Assembly (NCBI GenBank): GCA_013239625.1
Contig: MU054400.1
Coordinates: 1,895,345-1,959,344, forward strand
From: Lama guanicoe
Lineage: Eukaryota
Direction of reading: 5' to 3'
DNA: 64,000 bases
The notes beneath the pieces are model-generated. The model worked only from the letters and a program-made list of their open reading frames with translations. It was not told where the DNA came from and made no database searches. Shown in pieces: positions 1 to 12,566 of this stretch; the first letter of the stretch is position 1; each line of letters begins with the position of its first letter. Made by a program: the position numbers and the translations under genes.

Positions 1-1010
1 ATCCTTTGGCATTTCCTGGGTGATAGCAGTGTCTTTTGCTCTAATGAGGTGACTCTTGGTGGGACTCCAGATGGAGGCTCGTCACCAGGAAGACCAACCT
101 GTGATTAGAAGCTTGGGCTTTTTCACCCCCACCCTTCATTCTCCAGAGAGAAGAGAGGGGCTAGAAATGGAGTTAATGATTGATCATGCCTACGTGATGA
201 AGTTTCCATAAAAATCCCCAAAGTACAGGGTTTAGAGAGCTTCCAGGTTGGTGAATATGTACCAGAAGGGTGATGCCCCCCACCTCCACATGGACAGAAG
301 CTTCTGCACTCAGGACCCTCCCAGACCCCACCCTATGTATCTCTTCACCTGAATATACATCTGTATATTTTACCATGTCTTTTATAAGTTTGTGTTCCCT
401 GGAGTTCTGTAAGCTATTCTAGAAAATCATTGAATCCAAGGAGGAGGAGGCTGTGGGACCCTCCAATTCACAGTTAAGCCAGACAGAAGTTGGAGGCAGC
501 TTAGGGACCCACTACTGTGATTGGCATCTGAAGTCAGGAACAATCTCATGGGACTGAGCCTTTAATCTGTGGGATCTGATACTATCCCCAGGTAGATAGT
601 ATAGAAATTGTTTTAAATTGTAGGACACCCAGCTGGTGTCTGAGAATTACTTATTGTGAGGGAAAACTCCCACACATGTGACACTGTTGTACGTTATTTA
701 CGAAAGTTGTTAAGAGATTAAATCCTAAGAGTTTTCATCACAAGAAAAAAAATGTTCTCTTTTTTCTTTTATTTTGTATCAATATGAGATGGTGGGTGTT
801 CACTAAACTTATTGTGGTCATCACTGCATGATGTATGTCAGTCAGATCAACATGCTGGACACCTTAAACTTACATGTCAATTATATCTCAACAAAACGAG
901 AAGAAAACAAAAACAAAAACAAAAACTCCCACCCATTTGGTGTCAGAAGTGTTGTGTGAGTTGTGTGAGAGAAAAGGGGAAAATGGGAAGAGGGCTGAGT
1001 TTTTCTTTAC
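1..1010 (+). mobile_element. MER21-like LTR, truncated by the window start and split by an L1 insertion
   Basis: Motifs GATCATGCCTACGTGATGAAG, GAGAGCTTCCAGGTTGGTGAA and CCCTATGTATCTCTTCA match MER21 as recalled. The element resumes with CCCATTTGGTGTCAGAAGTGTT after the insert. Confidence 0.75.
678..921 (+). mobile_element. 5'-truncated L1 3' end (L1MA9-like) nested in the MER21 LTR
   Basis: L1 terminal motif CACCTTAAACTTACATGTCAATTATATCTCAA, an (AAAAC)n tail, and TSD AAAACTCCCACACAT (663-677) / AAAACTCCCACCCAT (922-936). Confidence 0.85.
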
Positions 1011-2054
1011 GACTACCTCTTAGCAAGAATTCTCTCTTTGGCGAGTAGTTGAAAATGGGTCCTCTTACGCAGAAACTTCCTGAGAGCATCATTACATACA
1101 TACTAGGAATATTTGATTAGTAGGTGGAGGCAGGATCCTGTAGACCTATGTGTGCCTTGCTAAAGGGTTTGACCTTTACCCTGTAGGCAATGAGAAGCCA
1201 ACAAAAGTCATTCAGCCAGCAAATTGTAACAGTAAGTTAGCAGAGGTAACACACGCAGTAGGATGTATAAAATACGGAGAAGATGGTAGAAGATCAGATG
1301 GGAGACACTAATCTGCTATTTCTAGTTCATTTCATTACAATTCAGAATGTTTTTTTAAGCAGGAAGTTGCTTTTCAAGATCTATCTCTAGGTCCAAAAAC
1401 TCACTCTCTTCCACCTTAGTGGCACTATTTCCCCAACATTAGTCATTATGAGAACCAGGGAAAGTGACTTTGGGCAACAGTTAAGCTTGTTGGCACAGAC
1501 TGGGCACCTAAGAGAATGCTCTCATCTCTATGAGCACAAAAGGCCAGATCTAGACCTCTTTCTAGCCACTGACCACAGGCCTGGATCATTTTGAAGACAG
1601 AACTTCACTTACACACCAATTCTGCGATTCAAGCCATGCCCAAGGACATTTTTTGACCAAACTCTCATTTAGACAGATGAAACACAAAATTCTCCTTGTA
1701 AATATAAACTTTATCAGTGTGTCATCACTCAGTATAATAGTCATGTGGTGGTCCCCAGAGTCCAGTGACCAAGGAAAGTATACATCCAGTTTCTGACTGC
1801 CACCAAAGACCCCCGCTTCTGCTCTGGTCATCTCTGGACTCTCTTTACCCCTACAGACATGATTCAGTGAACCAGCTCCCAGCTGGACCACTCTCATACA
1901 GCCGTGAGCAACTGTCATTTCCAGCCTCCCAGAGCAATTTTTGAAAATCATAGTGCATATAAAAATTGATCACAGGAAGAGGATTAACTAGCACCATTAT
2001 TATCCAGGCGGGAGATGTCCAGCTGGGGGAAAAGGTGAAATTCTAAGCTATCAA

Positions 2055-2275
2055 AGGCAGTACAACATAGAGAGAAGTGCATGAATTTTAGTATGCAGAC
2101 AGACTGGATTTCAATCCCAATACTGTGCCCACAGGCAACTCACCTTACCTCTCTGAGTCTGTCTTCTCATCTATAAAATGGAAATAGGAAGCTGTACCTC
2201 GCAGAATTGGAGTGAAGATTACAGACGACATATGCGAGGCACCTAAAGCAGTCTGGTACCTGGGAGGCATGGTAG
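2055..2275 (+). mobile_element. MIR SINE
   Basis: Core CCTCTCTGAGTCTGTCTTCTCATCTATAAAATGG, with the B-box-derived GGATTTCAATCCCA upstream. Confidence 0.75.
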
Positions 2276-2299
2276 TCATTCAGGACTGGGCACCTAAGT

Positions 2300-2650
2300 A
2301 TTCTGGTTCTGCTCTCCTTCCAGGCACATGGTAGAACAGTGCTTTTCAGCTCCATTTGAAGTGAATCTTGGCCATGTGACTTGTGTTGGCCAATGAAGAT
2401 TTAAAAACCAGTGAGATATTCACTCCCTTCACACTTCACACACTCCCTTCCCACTATTATGGCGGTCATGGAAGCATGCCAGATGAAGCCTCCACTTTCC
2501 TGGGTCACTATGTGACCATGGTGAGCAGAAATCCCCTACAGAAGCACATAGGGCATCACAGCATGAGCAAGAAAAGAAATGGATGAAGCCACTGCGATTT
2601 GGGAGTGTTTTTGTTACTGCAGCATGACCTGTCCCATACTAACTAAGAGA
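2300..2650 (+). mobile_element. Old MaLR LTR (MLT1I/J-like)
   Basis: GGCCATGTGACTTGTGTTGGCCAATGAA and the 3' end AAGCCACTGCGATTTGGGAGTGTTTTTGTTACTGCAGCATGACCT. Confidence 0.7.
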
Positions 2651-3404
2651 ATAGAAACTCAATGAATTCTAGCTAATGTGAATCTGTTTTTATTCTTTCA
2701 AAATGCTGCCTTGGAAAGGGAGGTGGGAATGCCAGAGAAGTCAAAGATTTTAACTGAACTGAGTGAAGGCTGATCCCAAGGTAGTTTGCCAGGCAAGGAC
2801 CCTGATTTGTTAGTTATTTAAACTTAAAAGAAGCAAAAATAAATAATCTCAGTTCCTAAATCTGAACTATGCTTCCATGAATTACAGATTTAAAAGGTCA
2901 CATTGAGCAGAGTAGGATAAATACTGCAGATTAAAAGCTCCAGAGCACTGGACCTCAGCCAGAAAGACCATAATCCAAGAATTGAGGTCAACAGCCCTGG
3001 AAAATAAGTCTTAAGTATTTCCAGCCTTTAAAATTCCTCAATGGACCAGAAAACATCTGTTTCCTAATCTAGTGAGGAAAAAAAAAAGCTCCATTGCTAA
3101 ATGGTTGTCAGAACTCCTAAGCATGAAATTCATCGCCATTTTCCCGGGCAGAAACACACACACACACATTAACCCTTCCTCCCTTGTCGTCTGCAGATGC
3201 CGTCAGCTGTGGATGCCACTATGGGAGAGGAGCTTCACACCCAAAGAGAGGACAGTATACTTCACTTTTCCTGGAGTTGCCAGAAAAGGCCAGCATGAAC
3301 TCCCAGGTGCTGACAATCACTCCTCACAGACACTTGATGCAGAAGAAATGACATATGCTGTCCTATCAAACAAATGTAATCTTTTCTTCTCAGCCATTGA
3401 CCCA

Positions 3405-3745
3405 GTGCACTATAAAGAGCATGAGTGCCAAAGCCAGACAGACTTGAATTCAAATCCCATCTTCATCACTTTCCAGCTTCGTGATCTTAGGCACATGACC
3501 CTCTCTGAGACTCAGTTTACTCAAGTTTAGAATAAGATGAACAAGGACAGCTACCATTGACGAGGGCTTGCTGTGTGCCGGGTGTGAGTACTTTGTGTGC
3601 ATTACACCTCTAAGTCCTCACAATATCCATATGAAGGAGGAATTTACATGAAACTCACAGATAAGAAACATGAGGCTCTACACTAGCAGGAAGTAAAGCC
3701 AAGATGCCAATTCAGATCGTCCAGCTCCTAAACCCAAGCTCGATT
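3405..3745. mobile_element. Two adjacent MIR fragments in opposite orientation (+ ~3405-3540, - ~3545-3745)
   Basis: TTGAATTCAAATCCC...CTCTCTGAGACTCAGTTTACTCA, followed by the reverse-type AGCTACCATTGACGAGGGCTTGCTGTGTGCC...ACAGATAAGAAACATGAGGCTC. Confidence 0.65.
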
Positions 3746-5924
3746 CCCGGGGATGCGGATTCCATCAGCCTTCCTCTCAGGGTAACAGAAATCACGGCGT
3801 GTAAGGTCAACTCCCACCGCTGGCCCTGACCCAGAGTGGACCCTCAGCCAGCGTTAGTTTCCCTTCTGTCATTTCCCCTCTTGTGTCCATCCCATTTTAT
3901 CCACCAGCTCCCCTTTACCTCTCCACCTTTCTTTCCAATGCTGTATCTAGAATATTACTTCTGAATCTGGAATCTCCAATACTCTTAAAAACACTTCTGG
4001 GACATATCCTGATATTCACTCCAATCTTCCCATTAATCTATGAAGATACAGATATCAACATAAAAATATATATGGCTTTAGATGTGTATATATAGCTATA
4101 AATACAGGGGAAAAAATGGAAGGAATTGTTAATAATGATTATCTCTAGGTGGTGGAATCATGGATTATTTTTAATACCTTTAAGTATTTTTTGTGTCTAA
4201 TGAGAGTGCATTTCTGGACAAGCAGAAAAAAAATTAAATTGTTTTCAAAGCCTTGGAACGAGATTACGGAGCTCTTTCTAATTTTTTTTTTAACATTTGC
4301 ATTTAATGTTTCCAAAATAAACAAGGGTATTTCAGGCACTAAAAATACATTTCTTTGTTTTTGCCTACTTAAGAGAATGTTCAAATGCTGCAATTAATGT
4401 GCAGAAAAAAAAATCTAGTTTGCACATACGTAGAGCTGATTAGCCCGATGTTCCTGTCAAAAGGCTGCCTTAACCACAGTGGATATGAGAGAACATGCAT
4501 TGACTCCAGAGGGATGTGGGGAGACCCACAAGCACAGCCATCAGACCTGCTCCCAAGCGACAGGGGGCTGAACCTCAGCCAGAGAGCCAGGTTCTTCCAG
4601 GCTCCTCCTGACAAGCCAGTGACCTCCCCCTACCCTTCCCTCAGTGACCATTTTTACACCTAAAGCCAAGCTGAGATCTGGCTTAGCCTCCCCATCACTC
4701 GTGCAATGACCGATGATTCTCCCAGTCAAGACTGCCTGGGACTGTATCTTCTTCCCAGAAAATTCAAGCCAGGAAGATGCAGTCTGTCCTCTTTGAATTT
4801 TCCCAGGCACAATAGGAAGCGTTGTAGGCTGTCTTTGGAGTTTCCCTCAAAAATCATGTGTCCTCTGGCTTGGCACAAGTGAAGTCAGTTCTCACTGTTC
4901 CAAACCAAAGTCAATACAGCCACAGAAAGCAATGTATTTGGACGACACTGACCCAGGGTGCCAGGCTACCACTAACACCAGGTTCTGGAAGTCGTATGCT
5001 GAGAAACAAGAGGCTACAAACTGCTTCTACTTTCACTGTCAGATGCTGTTAAGGCCACCATTGACTAATGTCTCCTATCGTCCCTGCAGCTCCAGGGTGG
5101 AGTTAAGCACCGAGAAATCTTTGCCTTCCACAGTAACTGATGAATTTTTTCTCTCATGACTGCATTGCTATTTCCTTTTCAACTTGCCTTCCAGGAAGCT
5201 CACAGCCAAACACATGGCTCACCTGCAGCAACTTACTGTCACACAGCCCACAAACTTGTGTTCGGGTTTTGTTTTTTTTTCTTTCTTTCTCCATAGTCTT
5301 GACCTTTCATTTATCTTGATTCTTACTTTGTACTATTTCTTAATATTTTTATTCTAGCACTCTTTAGCCAACTCAAGTCCTACGTAAAATACATTCCATA
5401 TAAATTAGCAAGACACGGCCATGTCAAAGAGGTCATTAAGAGGGTAGGCCCCTGAAGGGCTCCAGAAGGGGCCTCTCCTTTCCCCAACAAAACCTCATCT
5501 CAGCCTTATGATTCTTCACCATTAGAAAGTTATTCATTTAGCAAAACTACTTTCTTCTATTCTTGGGAAATAAAGCAAATATACTTGGGAAGGATGCCTC
5601 ACTATTTATTCTCGCAAAAAGTTTATACTGATCCTGCTTAATCATACATAGCTCGGCACAGGTGTGGATTTAGGAAAGGAGAAAATGTAAGAAGAAGGAT
5701 AAATGAGTTTGATCAAAGATTTAAGGAACATCTGGGGATCAGGAATACTTGCCTGGCAGGGAATTACTTTTCTGGGACAGGCAAACTCATAGAGTAAGTG
5801 GCTCCTTGATACAACAGAGGGAGTGGGAAGGGGCCAAAACTCATTTACCTACTTCACAACTTGGAATGAACGTCCAAAGGAGAGCCTGAGAGTCTGAAGG
5901 GCTTGACGCTTACAGAAACTAGCA

Positions 5925-6125
5925 CATCACAGCACTTCAGCGTTCAAAGATGCTCCTTATAGACTTAATCCCATCTAATCCTCAAAATGACCCTGTAAAT
6001 TTCCATTATTCTCCTCTTTATGTAAATACGAGAACTGTGGCTCAGATTGGTTCGTAACTTGTCTGAGGGCACACAATTCAGTGGCAAAGATAAGAACGCA
6101 GAGCTCTTCCACCAGAAAACAGCCC
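5925..6125 (-). mobile_element. MIR SINE
   Basis: Reverse core TAATCCTCAAAATGACCCTGTAA...GAGAACTGTGGCTCAGA...TAACTTGTCTGAGGGCACACA. Confidence 0.7.
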
Positions 6126-6791
6126 TTGAGACATAACTACATGGTGTCGATGGAATGGAGAGCAGGGACCCCCACTCACCCACAGAGCAGGACGCCCCAG
6201 TGTGTGAGATCCGGTCTCCTGTGACTCCCCAGGAATCTGATGGCTCCACTCCGTGCAGCCTGCTGTTAGGTGACCTGAAATACAGATCTCTGAGTGAAAC
6301 TATACCCCTGCTGGAAAATAAAAATCTCCGTCTGCCACAGCTGACATCCACACCAAGAAAACACCCGCCAAGTAGGAGAGCCCTTTTCTTGTACTTTCCA
6401 CCAATTGTTCCTCATTTGCCCCGTGTGCAAGAAAGCATTTCTGGGGCACTGGAGGGAGAGGTGTTAAATTTTCTGGATTCCAAACGTTCCTATTTATTTA
6501 TAATCAGGAATATATGAAAGGGAAGGAAAATGCAACCTTGAACAGCGAATTGCACCTTCTGCACACACAGTCACTCCTGAGCCCGCCTCACAGCCAGCAG
6601 ATCACGGTTCTAGTGAAATGAGAGCGGAACAGATGCCCTCCCCTCCAGTGGGCGCCCTGCAGGGTGGGCCTCGTGGCCCTGAGGTCATGGCTGTGGTCTA
6701 TTGGGCTGAGGTCCATGCCCAGGCCTAGCTAACACCTAAACCAAGCAGAGAGGGATCCAAACCCAAGAAGAACCGACCAATCAGACCACAG

Positions 6792-7397
6792 TGAGGCAGA
6801 AGGGAAGGGGGCAGGGCACAGTCATTAAAAAAAAGGCAGCAATTAGCACCGGGATGATGGGAGATTCTACTCCAATAGACCTTGAGCTTCAATATACGCT
6901 CATTGAAATATATTAGCATGCTAAATGGCATGCCCACAGGTGCCCTGACAGTTTCAAGGCTGACCATAAAGGGTCAAAAAGTGGGTGATGGCCCAATTCC
7001 TGGAACTCCTAGCCCTTTCCCCAAAGTAGTTGAAATAATCCTCCCACTTGTTAGAATATGATGTTACCAAGACCATAAAAAACTAACAATTCCCAGCCTC
7101 CCAGGGCGCGTGCTCTCTCTCTCTCTCTCCCCTGCTCCCTCTCCTGTTCTCCTTCCCTCCCTCCCCCTCCACCCCCGCTCCCTCCCTCCTCCTCCATCTT
7201 TTTCTTGCCTTCTGAGACAGCCTACCCTCTGTCTATGGAGTGTGCATCTCTCTGAATAAATCTACCTTCCCTCTACTATGGCTCGTTCTTGAATTCTCTC
7301 CTGCGCAAAGCCAAGGCCCTCACTTGGAGGGGCACATCCCAGGGGCTTGACTGAGACCTGGGACACAATCCTCTCATGCCCCATTTTTCCTGTGTTA
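6792..7397 (+). mobile_element. ERV1 solo LTR, MER41-like (copy 1)
   Basis: TG start and TA end (decayed CA), with a 4-bp TSD ACAG/ATAG. MER41-type motifs ATTAGCATGCTAAA, CTCTGTCTATGGAGT, AATAAA and TTGAATTCTCTCCTGCGCAAAGCCAAG. Colinear with 36383-36878. Confidence 0.8.
7113..7207. repeat. (CT)n/C-rich polypyrimidine tract inside the LTR
   Basis: Directly visible. The homologous position in copy 2 has only a short CTCTCCCTT. Confidence 0.9.
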
Positions 7398-7639
7398 ATA
7401 GGACCAAGCCAGGCTGGATGAACAGCAACCACAGGCCCAAGGCACCTTGATGGCTGGGGTGAGACCCACCATGTGAGTAAAACAGGGATCTACTGTCGGC
7501 ATTGCCAGGGACCCAGGCCACAGGTGAGAGCTGGACGTCAGGAAGTCCGAGGGTCAGCCCTGAGCAGGCCCCCCAGGGGCAAAGGACACCCAGTGGCGAT
7601 GGAGGAGACCAGAGGGTCACAGAGGCCACGAACCAGCAA

Positions 7640-7890
7640 CACTGTGGCAGGGCAAGAGCCTACGGCCTGGAAGATGGAAGCGACGGTGTCAAATCCTAAT
7701 GCTGCCACACTGTGGCTGAGTAACCCCAAACAAATGACTTGTCCTCACTCTGCCTGAGGTTCTTCACTGAGAAAATTGATGTGAGAGATCTACTTCATAG
7801 GATTCCTGGCAGCATTAAATGAGATAATATTTATTAAAATGCCCATGCATTATCTAGTGCATAGTAGGTGCTCAATAAATGTTTCTTTTT
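7640..7890 (+). mobile_element. MIR SINE, near full length
   Basis: TCAAATCCTAATGCTGCCAC...ATTAAATGAGATAAT...CATAGTAGGTGCTCAATAAATGTT. Confidence 0.8.
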
Positions 7891-10162
7891 CTTTTAAGAG
7901 TCCATGGAAGTAGCAAATTAGTGCCCCAAGCTAAATACCTACAGATGAAAGTTTGGGGTTTTTTATTTTGGTTTTTTTTTTTTAGTTTGAATACCTAAAA
8001 GTTGGTTGCTGAGTATGCATTAAGTCCAGTTACTCCCCCCACAGCCCTTACACCTTTCTAATCTTCCTATGGGTTTTCCTAACCACACTCCTCTAAGAGA
8101 CATTATATCACATACCTTAAAGTAAGCATCTTTAGCTGATGAAAGGCATGCCCATCTCTGCCGCAGCCTCCACTGCCCTCTTGTCTTGTCCTGGCCTAGT
8201 GTTCACATTTATGCTACTTGCTTGGCCCTGCAGGCATCTGAGTTTCCATCCCCTGCCCTTAAGCCAGGAATCAGAGCAAGCAGCAGGCAGAGGCCCGGCA
8301 TATGAAGTGAAGAGCAGCAGCTCACGTGGTCCATCCAAACCCTATCACAGACAGCCATGACGCCACAAAGACCACCCTGCCACCGGGGCTGCCATGTTCC
8401 CTGGCGGCAGAGCCAAACCCAGCAGAGCAGCCCTAAGTCCTCGGGGGGTACCAGGCAAATGGCAGCCTCGGCGAGGGAGGGAGGAAAAGGAGGTGCATCG
8501 GCATCCTTTTGGGGGCGGCCAGTGCAATCAGCAAGTCAGCATCAACTCAATCTCCAAAGCTCCACCGAACCTCAGAATACAAACAATTACTTAGGTAAAT
8601 TAAGGCCCATGAGCCACTCTCCAATCCTTTCCCTAAGACCTCAGAAGGGAAAAAAAAATGCTTCAAATTGGATCCAATTTTCAAGCTTCTGCTTTGCTTT
8701 GGCTAAGATGACTTAACGCTACCGAAACCTCGAAAGCACCTAGTCTCCACGTAGTCTCAATTATCTTGGCAGCAGTGGAGTGAGCAGTGACCAATGGTTT
8801 CTTCTTGGGATTTTGTGCAGCTCTGCTGGCATGACTGGAAGAAACAAAGGCAGAACACACACCCAGACAGCAGATCTAGCCTTCGTTAGAGACTCCTAGG
8901 TCTCGTGCAGCCTGTGGCCTTGCTCAGCTCACAGCAGTGACGTAGTCAAGCAGGCTTTGGGGTCTTACACAAAACACGATTGTGTTCGCAAGTGGAAGGC
9001 TTGCTGAGCCACTGGGGGCAGCAGGGAAATCAGAGGAGATAATCGCATGTATTGAGGGGATGTGCTTGGAGTCTCACCGGATGCTCTCAGGGACGATGGG
9101 CCATATTCAAAATATTTAACCACGGGGAACTGCAAGGCAGCACTACCAAATCAGGACGAGGGTCCCCCAGCCAACGAACCCTTGGAGAAAGTAATATTAT
9201 TGTCCACTTTTTGTGGTTTTTAGAAATCCAGCACAAATATTTTAAAAATTTCAAAAATAAACAGCGTATGGAACTAGTGAATGGCTCTATGAACTTCCAC
9301 CCAGCCTGCCGAGAGGCCTGGCCACTGACTCTGGGAAGACAGAATGAGGCCAGTGGACAGCTGTACAATGTCTTTCAGGAGAGGGACATCTGGTCTTGTT
9401 CCCGGATCACGGACATCTCCTGGCTGAACTCTGGGGTTCTGGGGTTTATTCTTTTTACATGAAAGGCCATATTTCCACTGGAATCATACTGCCATCAAAT
9501 CGCAGGATAGGACTTGAGAAATCAAGCCCAAACACATGAGGTTCCCTGCTGGCTGTGACAGAGCTAGTCCAGAACGCAGGCCTCCAGCTCCCACTCTAGG
9601 AAGCTGCAGGCAGTTTGTGTCCATCTGACCTCCAAGACGCTGGGCACCGTTCACCATCCTCGGCTCCGTCCGAGGTGAAAACTGGGGCAGGTGTATCTCA
9701 GCACTAGACTCGCTTTGGTTGGCTGGAAATTACAACCAAGGGACTGGCTTCATCTCAGCAGCTTTATAGAAAGATTCAGGGATTGGGAACTGGACTGGCA
9801 GGGGTAAGGAAGGACAGGAGTGGTTCACTGAGACTGGAAATGATACAGTCTCAAGATGATCGAATCAGGGCCCCATACCCTCCAGAATATGGAAATAGCC
9901 TCATCTTGATCTAGGCTGTTGGTTTAAGATACTGCACTTGAGGCACCTGCTGTATGCATTTCATGCCACCAGTTAAAAAAAAAAAAGTAAAGCCATAATA
10001 TGTTTATTCTTCGCAGTGAATGCCCCTCTAAAAAGCCTAAGCTGGAATTGAAAGATATTCACAGACGCACCCATAAAGAAAATAACCAAGCCGGACGCAA
10101 CCCAACTGACAATTTTTTTTAAAGCTAAAGCGACTAATTATATGGCAAAACCTGACCCACCT

Positions 10163-10250
10163 CCACGTGCACGGGTGCACGCGCACACACACACACACTG
10201 CAAAATACACACGCACACATGCACTCGTGTGCACACTCACACACGTGCTG
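10163..10250. repeat. Degenerate (CA/CG/TG)n alternating purine-pyrimidine tract
   Basis: CACGTGCACGGGTGCACGCGCACACACACACACAC...CACACACGTGC. Confidence 0.85.
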
Positions 10251-11911
10251 TTTCAGCTCCTCAGTCAGCTACGTGCCAACTGCCTCTTTCCTGAATATAC
10301 TGTGACAGCCACGAAGCTAATGAGAGCCCAACTGTCACTTTCAGTTTTTACATTTGTTTTTCATGATTTCCAAAAGGCAGTTACGGGCACAATGCATCTC
10401 ATCAGCATTCTCTCTCCTCCTCTTCGGAATAGCAGGGTCTCCATGTGGCAGGCTGGAACAAAGACCCTCAGCTCCCTGGGAAGGCAGGGGGGCTGGGACT
10501 CCAGGGACGTGGCAGAGCCGGGGTCTCGGTGGCCACTGGGCTGGGTATTGATTGGCCGTGGCTGCTGCCTGCCCATCATCCTGCCTGCCCATCATGCTGG
10601 GTAGGAGAAATGGAATTGTTAAGAGACTGCATCTCTAGAAAAATACCACGCTGGAATGCAAGTACCAGAGCCAGCAACCAGGACACATGAATGCTTATGT
10701 TGGTGAGATAATTCAAAGTTGAAACAGTGTTAAAAAAAAAAAGACACTGTTCCAAATTGGAGGAGAGCAGAGGGTGATCTTTACACAGAGGAAATGAGAC
10801 TTTAATGCATGCCCAATTAATAAGTACTCACACATGAAATATGTATGTATAGAAGCAATCCACTGCAAAATTACCCTCAACCCGAGAGCATGGGTCCCAT
10901 AGGCTATAAGCAATTAGTTTGCTTGGTTTTATCACAAAAAAAAAAATCCCAACTTATTCTTTTAAACAAAGTCAGTGGAATTTTTTGTAAAAGACTGATT
11001 TTATACGCTGGAGGGAGACAGGCTACTTCAGTGATCATCTCAAGGTAGAGGATTAAGAGAGGTTATATTCTTTTGGGCTTCCATACTTTTCAAAATATGC
11101 ATGTATTTATCAGAAAAGGTAGCTTTTGAACTTCTTTTAAGAGCACTAGAAGGAAACATTCAACTCCCCCAATGCAAGCATACACACGCACACAGGAGAA
11201 TACCGACCACTCCCGCTGCGTCTCTGTTTTAAGAGAACAATGACTACCTACCCAGTGATTGTCTCTGAAACACCGCGGGGAAACAGAGCCACGTGCAGTG
11301 TGAGCTGCTGCCAGAGAGCCAGAGAGCGAGTGCCCGGCAGGGGTGCTGATGGGAACTTCTTGCAGAAACACCCATGGCTAGCTTCTTACAGGATGCACCA
11401 TGACATGCTGAAGGTTGAACCAGGCACGAGAATCAAGTGGGAGGTGGCAGGGGTGCCTCCATCCCACAAAATAGCACTCAAATCAGATTTGGTCCATGCC
11501 CTGCTCTGCCCCTCACTTTGACAGATAAAACTGCCTGGCAGGATGCCTCTACATTATTAATAACTATTTCAGGGATCCCCGGTGAATTCTTGGTGATTTG
11601 TGAGTCTAAGGGGAAGAACTAATTCTATTTCCTATGAAAAGTCCAAGTTCCGGGATTTGATTCAAGAGAAGAAATCAGCAGGGAGACAGGCTCCCTCGGC
11701 TCCCTTCCTCTGGGCTCTCAGAACTTCTAGCAGCCACGTGGTCAGAGGAAACAGTAACTGTGGCCTTCCTCCAACAGTCTCGTCTAGTAACGGCACCTCT
11801 GAGGGGACAGACTATCCATCTCTACCTCAGTATCCTCCTACATGATGTGGGAGGTGTCAAATTTCTGTAAGAAAATCTATGCTCAAAATAGGTGTGCTCA
11901 ATTTCAAATTC

Positions 11912-12566
11912 TGTTACCAAACCAAACTTGGGTCCATTCACCCAATGCACAGCGAAGCCAATTTACTGACACTGGGTTGTGGTGAAGGAAAGTACAGCGT
12001 TTACTGCAAGGCGCCCAACGTGGGGCCAAACAAGAACAGGCAGCTCATGCGCAGAAGACACAAACTCCCTGATGGCTTTCAGGGAAGGGCTTTCAAAAAC
12101 AGTGAGGGAGAGAGTCGCAGGGTGTGCCATCAGCTCATGCACAGTTCTCTGACTGGCTGATGGGGAGGTAACAGGATGATGTTTGGGGAACCTCAGTCGT
12201 CAACTTTCTGCTTCCAGCTGGCCTGGGGTCTACACGCTGGTGGTCAGCATGCAGTTAACGTCTTCCCCCTGGAGAGGGTTTTAAGTACCTGCAGAACAAC
12301 TTGAGGACATGGCTCAGGATATACTTCGAGCCCTTGAGGAAGGACTAAAGGTCCATCTCTTTGTTTTATGGCTAAACTATTATTATTTCGTCTTGCTTGA
12401 CTGTTTTTCTTTGTTTCTGTATTTTCTTGCTTCTCCAATTAAATTTGCTCTTTGGAATGTGGAGAAGGCCAAGGAGACTAAAGCCTTTTTAACAAACAAG
12501 AGGCGGGGCACACGGCTTGGGGGCAGTGGGTTCTGTCTCCAGGAAGGAGAGTCCTGCTCAGTTTCA
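11912..12566 (-). mobile_element. ERV1-class solo LTR (LTR39-like artiodactyl family, tentative)
   Basis: TGTTA...TTTCA termini, 4-bp TSD ATTC (11908-11911) / ACTC (12567-12570), 655 bp long. The minus strand begins TGAAACTGAGCAGGAC. Confidence 0.75.

Noticed and set aside
6642..6655. CTCF-like CCTCCAGTGGGCGC
   Set aside because: It has two mismatches to the core consensus, which is expected by chance in 64 kb.
11895..11907. TGCTCAATTTCAA just left of the LTR resembling the LTR's right end TGCTCAGTTTCAA
   Set aside because: It is only 13 nt with no further LTR similarity upstream. The 4-bp TSD already explains the insertion.
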